DNA of 64,000 nucleotides from a virus: IMG/VR virus record IMGVR_UViG_3300045988_111617; one strand, 5' to 3'. Shown piece by piece: positions 58,546 to 64,000 of this stretch (position 1 is its first letter; each line of letters starts with the position of its first letter). The notes under the pieces were generated by a model. It saw only the letters and a program-made list of their open reading frames with translations, ran no database searches and was not told where the DNA came from. The position numbers and the translations under genes were made by a program.

Positions 58546-59004
58546 TTAATAACTTCTTGTTGAATCACAAAGTTCAAACAAGTACTTGTACTTCCATATG
58601 TTGTGAATGAAAGTCTCACACTCTGACCTCACTCCTGCATATTCCACTGAGTCTGGAATTGATGAGTAGAATTTAAGGGTCAGGTTCTTCACTTCAAGTA
58701 TGAACTCCATTGCATTAAGAGTGTTACTCTCAGTTCCAACTATCTTGTTTGGAGCCATGTGACCAAGTATTCCTTGCATCTCTTCTGCAAGAGAGTCCTG
58801 ATAGTCACTTAAAATCTCAAGAAAGTCATCCAGATATATATGAATATTCTTCTTTGGAGCTGCCCAGTGAAGATTCTTACATTTAGCCTTCCATCCTTCA
58901 AGTCTGTTTATAAAACTTATAAAGAATGAGAAGGTATCTGGAGTCTCATCTTTTGGTGCTTGACCAGGAGCTGGTATAGGGTCTAAAAGTAAATCTCCTA
59001 TCAT
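58546..59004 (-). CDS. Hypothetical protein (152 aa) embedded in the tRNA array
   Basis: ORF between tRNA-Leu and tRNA-Phe. Confidence 0.6.
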   Translation of the reverse strand: MIGDLLLDPIPAPGQAPKDETPDTFSFFISFINRLEGWKAKCKNLHWAAPKKNIHIYLDDFLEILSDYQDSLAEEMQGILGHMAPNKIVGTESNTLNAMEFILEVKNLTLKFYSSIPDSVEYAGVRSECETFIHNIWKYKYLFELCDSTRSY

Positions 59005-59063
59005 TTCTTCTGCAAATATAAGTATTTTATTTTAAACTTCCAAATAAAATTGTAAGTTTTTAG

Positions 59064-59137
59064 TGGAGACTGTGGGAGTTGAACCACACTTTTCTGGATT
59101 TTCAGTCCAGCACATTTACCACTAATGTTAAGTCTCC
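59064..59137 (-). tRNA. tRNA-Phe (anticodon GAA)
   Basis: Acceptor GGAGACT/AGTCTCC, discriminator A; D-stem ACAT/ATGT; anticodon stem CTGGA/TCCAG with loop CTGAAAA; T-loop TTCAACT. Confidence 0.7.
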
Positions 59138-59153
59138 ATAGATGGAAGCATAG

Positions 59154-59226
59154 ACTCCAGGGTAAGAATCGAACTTACACAAAGTAGTTTTGCGGACTAC
59201 TGCATTAACCTTTCTGCTACCTGGAG
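59154..59226 (-). tRNA. tRNA-Cys (anticodon GCA)
   Basis: Acceptor CTCCAGG/CCTGGAG; discriminator U73 (a Cys identity element); anticodon stem GTAGT/ACTAC with loop CCGCAAA; T-arm GTAAG-TTCGATT-CTTAC. Confidence 0.65.
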
Positions 59227-59232
59227 AATCAG

Positions 59233-59305
59233 GGTGTCTTATTGGAGTTGAACCAACATCATCTTGAGCCACAATCAAGTGCTCTACCATTAAGCTAAAG
59301 ACACC
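59233..59305 (-). tRNA. tRNA-His (anticodon GUG) with G-1:C73
   Basis: Extra 5' G(-1) pairs with discriminator C, which is a His hallmark. Acceptor GTGTCTT/AAGACAC; anticodon stem CTTGA/TCAAG with loop TTGTGGC. Confidence 0.75.
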
Positions 59306-59307
59306 AG

Positions 59308-59380
59308 TGGGCAAATAAGGATTTGAACCTTCATTTCCTGAGTATCAGTCAGGGTTCCTAACCAATTAGAAGATATGCCC
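59308..59380 (-). tRNA. tRNA-Ile (anticodon GAU)
   Basis: Anticodon stem CCTGA/TCAGG with loop CTGATAC; T-loop TTCAAAT; acceptor GGGCATA/TTTGCCC with one mismatch. Only 2 nt separate it from tRNA-His. Confidence 0.65.
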
Positions 59381-59385
59381 ATTAG

Positions 59386-59458
59386 CAGGTCCTTAAGGAT
59401 TTGAACCCTAATCAAGGGTTTTGGAGACCCTTATGCTAACCAATTGCACCAAGAACCC
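59386..59458 (-). tRNA. tRNA-Trp (anticodon CCA)
   Basis: Acceptor GGGTTCT/AGGACCT (two G:U pairs), discriminator G; anticodon stem AGGGT/ACCCT with loop CTCCAAA; T-arm TAGGG-TTCAAAT-CCTTA. Confidence 0.65.
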
Positions 59459-59464
59459 AAGTGG

Positions 59465-59535
59465 CTGGGGTAGAAGGAATTGAACCTTCATCCACAGATT
59501 AACAGTCTGTTGCTTGACCTTCCAGCTATACCCCA
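59465..59535 (-). tRNA. tRNA-Asn (anticodon GUU)
   Basis: Acceptor TGGGGTA/TACCCCA, discriminator G; anticodon stem ACAGA/TCTGT with loop CTGTTAA; T-arm GAAGG-TTCAATT-CCTTC. Confidence 0.7.
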
Positions 59536-59566
59536 GTTTCAACTAAAAAAAAACAAATGAGAAATG

Positions 59567-59639
59567 TGGACTCTTGGGGAATTGAACCCCAACTCTCTGC
59601 TTGCAAAGCAGAAGTGCTAACCATTATCACTAAGAGCCC
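59567..59639 (-). tRNA. tRNA-Ala (anticodon UGC) with G3:U70
   Basis: Acceptor GGGCTCT/AGAGTCC contains the G3:U70 wobble that is the Ala identity element; discriminator A; anticodon stem TCTGC/GCAGA with loop TTTGCAA. Confidence 0.75.
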
Positions 59640-59643
59640 AAAG

Positions 59644-59717
59644 TAGGGAAGAAAGGGCTCGAACCTTCATCTTCTACATCCCAAATGTAGCCAATTAACC
59701 AATTATTGTACTTCCCT
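59644..59717 (-). tRNA. tRNA-Pro (anticodon UGG)
   Basis: Acceptor AGGGAAG/CTTCCCT; D-stem CAAT/ATTG; anticodon stem CTACA/TGTAG with loop TTTGGGA (G37); T-arm GAAGG-TTCGAGC-CCTTT. Confidence 0.7.
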
Positions 59718-59732
59718 ATAACAATCATATTG

Positions 59733-59828
59733 CGGAGAGCAATGTACTTGAAACATATCCCCCTGAGAGAACCTCATGTTTAGCAGACAGAGCCAGAATC
59801 TGTAGTGCTACCATTACACCACATCCCA
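59733..59828 (-). tRNA. Atypical tRNA-like element with a Gln-type (CUG) anticodon arm and a ~30-nt insertion before a T-arm-like hairpin; possible pseudo- or non-canonical tRNA
   Basis: 5' half folds canonically (acceptor TGGGATG, D-arm GTGT-AATGGTA-GCAC, anticodon stem ACAGA/TCTGT with loop TTCTGGC). The 3' side shows a hairpin ATGT-TTCAAGT-ACAT, but no 3' strand complementary to the acceptor 5' strand was found by hand. Confidence 0.3.
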
Positions 59829-59912
59829 GGGTACCTACTATTCATATGTAACTATAATGTACACTTTAATTATATATGTCTGGAATCTGTAGGTTGGTTC
59901 TTAACCAGTTTG

Positions 59913-59985
59913 TTGAAGGGGAAAGACTCGAACTTTCATCTACCTGTTTCAAAGACAGGAATGTTTACCGTTACACCACCCTTCA
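59913..59985 (-). tRNA. tRNA-Gln (anticodon UUG)
   Basis: Acceptor TGAAGGG/CCCTTCA; D-stem GTGT/ACAT; anticodon stem CCTGT/ACAGG with loop CTTTGAA; T-arm GAAAG-TTCGAGT-CTTTC. Confidence 0.7.
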
Positions 59986-59997
59986 ATATAAGAAGGC

Positions 59998-60234
59998 CTA
60001 AGCCTTCTTAGTAGTTTTCTTTGTTACCTTTACAGGCACTTCCTTTACTACCTCAACCACCTTTTCTACCTCTTTGATAATATCTTTCTTAAAGAGATAC
60101 CCTGCTGCAAACCCAGCAATCACTGAAACAAGGCAGGCAAGTGTAGCCCAGAATGGGAACAGCTTAATAAGCCCAAGTGACCCAACTACTACCACTGCTA
60201 CAATAGCAAGTGCAATCCATCTTTTTGTATTCAT
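59998..60234 (-). CDS. Small membrane protein (78 aa, two predicted TM helices); holin-like candidate
   Basis: MNTKRWIALAIVAVVVVGSLGLIKLFPFWATLACLVSVIAGFAAGYLF gives two hydrophobic helices, followed by a charged C-terminal tail. Confidence 0.5.
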   Translation of the reverse strand: MNTKRWIALAIVAVVVVGSLGLIKLFPFWATLACLVSVIAGFAAGYLFKKDIIKEVEKVVEVVKEVPVKVTKKTTKKA

Positions 60235-60326
60235 CCTCTCTTTATTTAAATTGTACTACAAAGGTAAGTAAAAAATTTGATATATGCAAATTTATTTTAC
60301 ATTTTTATACAATTTATCTATAGAAG

Positions 60327-61226
60327 TTAATACAAATCACTCATTCCTATACCTTTAGCCCCATTATTAAAATTCTTCATATCATCTCTTAAAAGATATG
60401 AACCCTTCTTCGGGTCATAAGATATCCTTCCTCTTATTTTCATTTCTCTAGGTCTTTCTGGGATACCTCCTAGGGTTCTTGGTATTGTAGGAAAATCATA
60501 AGTATCATGTATATATAAAGCTTTTTCATCTGGGTCCCACATCATCCCAAAATTTGCAAGCATTCCTAAAGGAGCAATTTCATTATTTTCTAAATCTTTT
60601 TTTAATATAAACTGACCTGCTCTTCTTTCATCTTTAGTTCTTCCAAATCTCTCTCCTTTCTCACTAACCTGAGTCCATCTATTAGGATTATCCATCACCT
60701 TCTTGCCTGCTCTATATAAATACTCTACTTGGGTTTTACTACTAAGATTTGGAAATCTTTTTTTATATTCATCATAGTTCCTTACTATCTTACCTGTATT
60801 AGTAGTATCTGCAATAGCCTGAATATATTGGTCCATTTTAGGAGTTGTACCATAAAATTCAGAAGGGGGTTCTCCAGCTTTAGCTTTTTCATATTCTATT
60901 TTATCATCCCAAGAAGTTTTAGCTTTTGGATTCATTTTAGGAACTATATTATCCAATCCCAGATAAGCTCTCCAATATTGGTCCTCTTCTCCTTCAGCTT
61001 GATTTCCATTAGAATAAAAAACTCTTTCTATTCCCCATCCTCCAGTTGGGTCATGCTTACTATGAACTTCTCTCCTTTTCTCCAAAGTATCCTCTGAATA
61101 TCCCCCCTCAGTGTCTTTGGTACCATCATATATATGTTTCATATCAGACAAAGAGCCTACTCCTGCTTTCAGAAATAGGCTCATCAAGTCTGACCTTTCT
61201 TTCATTGTAAGGTCATTCCACTTCAT
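60327..61226 (-). CDS. Hypothetical protein (299 aa)
   Basis: ORF upstream of the holin-like gene. No motif recognised. Confidence 0.65.
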   Translation of the reverse strand: MKWNDLTMKERSDLMSLFLKAGVGSLSDMKHIYDGTKDTEGGYSEDTLEKRREVHSKHDPTGGWGIERVFYSNGNQAEGEEDQYWRAYLGLDNIVPKMNPKAKTSWDDKIEYEKAKAGEPPSEFYGTTPKMDQYIQAIADTTNTGKIVRNYDEYKKRFPNLSSKTQVEYLYRAGKKVMDNPNRWTQVSEKGERFGRTKDERRAGQFILKKDLENNEIAPLGMLANFGMMWDPDEKALYIHDTYDFPTIPRTLGGIPERPREMKIRGRISYDPKKGSYLLRDDMKNFNNGAKGIGMSDLY

Positions 61227-61588
61227 TTTAACTTTCTTCTTAATTTCTTGTTAAAGACAAATTTAATCCAACTGTATCTTTTCCTACTCTTTAAGTAGTT
61301 AGGATTATTCTCATTGTTGTATGCTTCCTCTTCAAAAGATATATCATGGTAAGCCTTATTATAAGGTGGCAATAGTACCTCTAAAAGCCACTCTATAAAA
61401 TACCATATATAAAAGAATACATACCCAAGTTCCTTCATCTGTTCTGTATGAATAGACTCATGATTAATAGTTCTTGGAGATACATAAGGTTTAGTTTTTC
61501 CCTTCTCCTGTCTTACAAAGAGAGTTCCAAACAGATTAGTTACAGAGAATCCCTTGAAAGGAATAAATCTATTATAAATTATTTTCAT
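61223..61588 (-). CDS. Small HExxH-motif protein (121 aa), zincin-like metallopeptidase candidate
   Basis: Motif ..RTINHESIHTEQMKELGY.. followed by an aromatic-rich hydrophobic segment. Confidence 0.5.
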   Translation of the reverse strand: MKIIYNRFIPFKGFSVTNLFGTLFVRQEKGKTKPYVSPRTINHESIHTEQMKELGYVFFYIWYFIEWLLEVLLPPYNKAYHDISFEEEAYNNENNPNYLKSRKRYSWIKFVFNKKLRRKLK

Positions 61589-61614
61589 TGTATGTCAGTT
61601 TATGCTCTTTAGAC

Positions 61615-61941
61615 CTATGAGATTAGGTTTGATTTAATCAATTGTCCTATAGCTTTGGCAGTCCATTCTACAAGAGGTTCATCATCATAACAATTTAAAT
61701 ATTGTCCATTGAGGAATATCATATGAACTAACTCATGTCTAACAGTATTCTCAATAGTTTCTTTATCTATTGCTTTACCATTAGGCCACTTAGTTGATAT
61801 CCATATAGTTCTCTCAGTTGGTATTATTACACCATTATTAAAAGCCCCTTCTACCTGACCTTCTGTCATAGGAGCATGGTCTACAAATTTAATAGACCAT
61901 ACTTGTCCAAAAAACTTAAAAGTTCTGTTCTTGAATTCCAT
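61615..61941 (-). CDS. Small HExxH-motif protein (108 aa), SprT/WLM-like minimal metallopeptidase candidate
   Basis: Motif ..TIENTVRHELVHMIFLNGQY.. First gene of the minus-strand block. Confidence 0.5.
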   Translation of the reverse strand: MEFKNRTFKFFGQVWSIKFVDHAPMTEGQVEGAFNNGVIIPTERTIWISTKWPNGKAIDKETIENTVRHELVHMIFLNGQYLNCYDDEPLVEWTAKAIGQLIKSNLIS

Positions 61942-62423
61942 TTTATTAATCTTCTACTCTTACTTTTGTATATAAAAGTCCCTAAGCCAGAGTTACCCAG
62001 CTCACCTTGCTGTTACCAGTAGGTTTATCCTTAAAATTTCAGTATGGCGTTCTTTTATCCCCCTATAGACCTTTTACCCTCAGCCTTTTCTCATACAGAT
62101 TGGCAGGTCACATACATTATATTTAAGGACAGTTTTCACATAGGGTCATATCCTTCCCACCCTATCCAGTACCAGGCTTTCATTGCTTCCAATAGCAGCT
62201 GGCAGAGGTGAAGATTCTGTAGTATCTTCAGTATTGCAAAGGTAAGTAAAAAAACTGACATATCCAAATATATAAATGATTTTTTTTTTCTTTATTTTTT
62301 TTTGTTTTTTTTTTAATTTTTTTTGGATTTATGTAGATGGAGGATAACCCCCATCCACCTCCCCCAGCCATCAACCAATGGGGGTTAGTCCCCCTGTATG
62401 TTTAACTTTAATCCTTATTTATT
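61942..62423. other. 480-bp non-coding strand-switch region: moderately GC-rich core with short TCACATA / GGTCA direct repeats, four poly-T tracts (T10, T9, T10, T8) and a 10-bp inverted repeat TAACCCCCAT...ATGGGGGTTA
   Basis: No ORF of 60 aa or more on either strand. Divergent gene orientation on both sides. T tracts at about 62276-62326 and IR at about 62347-62396, all seen directly. Confidence 0.5.
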
Positions 62424-62786
62424 ATGGAACCAATGTATCGCAATCTTCAGACTATTGAGTCTTTGAAGGAGTCCTGGAAATCTCAGAACATCAGCATTGT
62501 ACCTGTAAGAAGGTGCATGTATGACAAAGTCACTGGAGAGAAAATCTCTGGTAAATATGAGTATTTCAAGCACAAAGATGGTACTCAGAAATACTTCGGT
62601 GTTTCTGATGACCAGAAGAACTTTTGTGCAGTCTCTAATGCCCTTGCAAAGGACCTTGAGACCAATGGAATGCCTAATCCTGACAAGATTGTAGTAGTTC
62701 AGGAAGTTTCTCAGGATGGAGGACAGACTTGGGTTCCCTCTCTTATGTATCAGGGAGGAGCACAGGAAGTTACCTTTAAGTTCTAA
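62424..62786 (+). CDS. Hypothetical early protein (120 aa)
   Basis: First + strand ORF after the strand-switch region. Followed by a terminator. Confidence 0.65.
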   Translation: MEPMYRNLQTIESLKESWKSQNISIVPVRRCMYDKVTGEKISGKYEYFKHKDGTQKYFGVSDDQKNFCAVSNALAKDLETNGMPNPDKIVVVQEVSQDGGQTWVPSLMYQGGAQEVTFKF

Positions 62787-62799
62787 TAGAAGAGAGAGG

Positions 62800-62830
62800 A
62801 GGGGACTTTGTCCCCTTTTTCTTTTTTACT
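62800..62830 (+). terminator. Rho-independent terminator GGGGGAC-TTT-GTCCCC plus T-rich tail
   Basis: Perfect 6-7 bp GC-rich stem followed by TTTTTCTTTTTT. Confidence 0.7.
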
Positions 62831-62838
62831 TTTAATCC

Positions 62839-62896
62839 TTTAGCTACAATTGGTTGAGGATTAATTGTTTAATTATTAATTAGTTAGCTACAATTA
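62839..62896 (+). promoter_or_regulatory. Direct repeat TTAGCTACAATT(G/A)GG x2 spaced ~44 nt; candidate promoter/operator elements
   Basis: Two identical 12-mers at about 62839 and 62883, between a terminator and the next gene. Confidence 0.3.
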
Positions 62897-63057
62897 GGGA
62901 GGCTTTATAAAAAACCTTCCCCTTTATTAGCTTTCTATACCCTTTTGAAAAAGAGTTACATAGTCTATTAATATGACTATCTTGGCTCTTTCAAAAGAAT
63001 AAATACTTACTAAATCTTAGAGTAAAAGTTGAATCAGTCCAACAATTTCTCTGTGAT

Positions 63058-63294
63058 TTGGTAAGCATTGAGGACTTTGCTAAGAAGTATCAGGATAAAT
63101 CTGTAAAAGTCTTCATAAAAGAAGCATATGGCAGAGTACCAGTTGCAAAGCTGGTAAATGCTAATGCAAGTGAGGGACCAAGATTTATCTCTGTTCTAAA
63201 AGATACTGGAATCTCTTTTGATTATGTTGAGAGTGAAGGGCAAAATTTAGTTGCATATAAGAATCTCTACAAAATTGAAGAGGAATGGATATAA
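63058..63294 (+). CDS. Hypothetical small protein (78 aa)
   Basis: ORF. Confidence 0.55.
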   Translation: MVSIEDFAKKYQDKSVKVFIKEAYGRVPVAKLVNANASEGPRFISVLKDTGISFDYVESEGQNLVAYKNLYKIEEEWI

Positions 63295-63317
63295 AGTAAT
63301 CCTCATCTGAAAAGGTT

Positions 63318-63539
63318 ATGAAAACATTCTCACTTATTATTAAGGGAATACTGTTGTATTTTACCTTAATATATTGGCTGTTCTTTTTAGTAACAGCTGA
63401 TAGCTACAACATAATTCCTCTCTTAATAATATATGGAGTGGGATTCTGCTTAATGCTCCTCTGCAAAGATATTATCTCTAAAGAGGATTTGATAACATTA
63501 TTAAAGGCTAATCCAAAAGATTTAGATGAAACAGTTTGA
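63318..63539 (+). CDS. Small membrane protein (73 aa, two TM helices)
   Basis: ..LIIKGILLYFTLIYWLFFLVTA...IIPLLIIYGVGFCLMLLC.. is hydrophobic. Confidence 0.55.
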   Translation: MKTFSLIIKGILLYFTLIYWLFFLVTADSYNIIPLLIIYGVGFCLMLLCKDIISKEDLITLLKANPKDLDETV

Positions 63540-63658
63540 AAAGAAATCTATTCCAACAGAAGAAGTAAAGTACTCTGTGGAATTTCCTCAAGAGCCAAAA
63601 TATACTCTTAGAAGAGGAAGATTCTATAACTTAATGTGTGTTGTAACAAAGACAAAAC

Positions 63659-63799
63659 ATGAATAATCTGGAACTTCTAGATAACCCTTCTAATGTTATC
63701 TCTTCAGAAGAGTTAGATTGGGAACCAGAATACAGATGTCCTAATTGTGATAGTATGTATGATGGATGCTACTATCCAAACTGTGGATACCACGAATAA
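63659..63799 (+). CDS. Small zinc-ribbon protein (46 aa; CPNC...C..C)
   Basis: Hand-translated: MNNLELLDNPSNVISSEELDWEPEYRCPNCDSMYDGCYYPNCGYHE. Confidence 0.4.
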   Translation: MNNLELLDNPSNVISSEELDWEPEYRCPNCDSMYDGCYYPNCGYHE

Positions 63800-63823
63800 A
63801 ATAACAGTCTTAATCACAATATT

Positions 63824-64000
63824 ATGAAACAATTGATAACTATGCTACTTGCATTATTTGCAAGTATAGCTATTTCAGCCCAGACAAATTCCAATGTCCT
63901 TAAATTTATGGGTATTCCTGTAGATGGGAGTAAAACACAGGTAATTCAGAAACTGAAGGAAAAGGGATTTGGGTATGATTCATTCAATGATTGTCTTATA
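63824..64000 (+). CDS. Partial CDS (3' end outside window): protein with N-terminal signal peptide (MKQLITMLLALFASIAISAQ...)
   Basis: Hand-translated frame is open to the window edge. Hydrophobic h-region followed by an AxA-like cleavage motif. Confidence 0.45.
   Translation, partial: MKQLITMLLALFASIAISAQTNSNVLKFMGIPVDGSKTQVIQKLKEKGFGYDSFNDCLI

Noticed and set aside
58546-59004. Possibility that the 152-aa ORF inside the tRNA array is a tRNA-processing or aminoacylation-related protein
   Set aside because: No recognisable motif. It is kept as a hypothetical CDS only.
59102-59314. 70-aa ORF overlapping tRNA-Phe, tRNA-Cys and tRNA-His
   Set aside because: It lies across three well-folded tRNA genes and is spurious.
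1-64000. Alternative genetic code (TAG or TGA reassignment), as reported for some crAss-like lineages
   Set aside because: Multi-kilobase ORFs are uninterrupted under the standard code. TGA (for example 722-724) and TAA are both used as genuine stops with overlapping ATGA restarts. tRNA-Trp has CCA, not UCA, and no CUA or UUA suppressor anticodon was found.
1-64000. CRISPR arrays and diversity-generating retroelements
   Set aside because: No regularly spaced direct repeats were seen. No reverse-transcriptase-like ORF (no YxDD motif protein), so a DGR is not supported.

Overview
This window reads as part of a crAss-like (Crassvirales-type) phage genome, probably from a Bacteroidetes host, though that is inferred from protein features alone. 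It is AT-rich, tightly packed and has three transcriptional blocks. Block 1 (1..14338, + strand) holds early-type genes: a partial metallophosphatase, a Cys-rich protein with an RHx(8)SxR ThyX-like motif, and an HNH homing endonuclease. It also holds a 2411-aa giant protein with a DFDVD motif resembling the two-barrel virion RNA polymerase catalytic loop, followed by a 1352-aa giant protein. Block 2 (14400..61941, - strand) is a long late/structural block that converges on block 1 at a perfect bidirectional terminator (14343..14379). Reading in transcription direction, block 2 starts with HExxH mini-proteins and a holin-like membrane protein, then a 13-member tRNA array. Next come early-like small genes, a GroES-like co-chaperonin, terminase large subunit (Walker A SRGKGKS), portal, a repeat-containing tail-fibre-like protein and a PEGA/Ig-repeat protein. 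Three paralogous BACON-domain proteins and a lysis-like cluster (TM proteins plus a YkuD-like L,D-transpeptidase fold) follow, then an acidic scaffold-like protein and a putative major capsid protein. The block ends with four giant/large virion proteins (1912, 726, 682, 2083 aa), the last carrying an HExxH zincin motif. Four free-standing GIY-YIG homing endonuclease genes (two with NUMOD3 repeats) sit between these genes. Block 3 (62424..64000, + strand) holds small early-type genes after a 480-bp non-coding strand-switch region with poly-T tracts and inverted repeats. Rho-independent terminator hairpins follow several structural genes, and four of them share an AAGGGA...TCCCTT stem. TAA and TGA both terminate, so the genetic code is standard. 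All function calls come from motifs read by eye and should be confirmed by HMM or structure searches.
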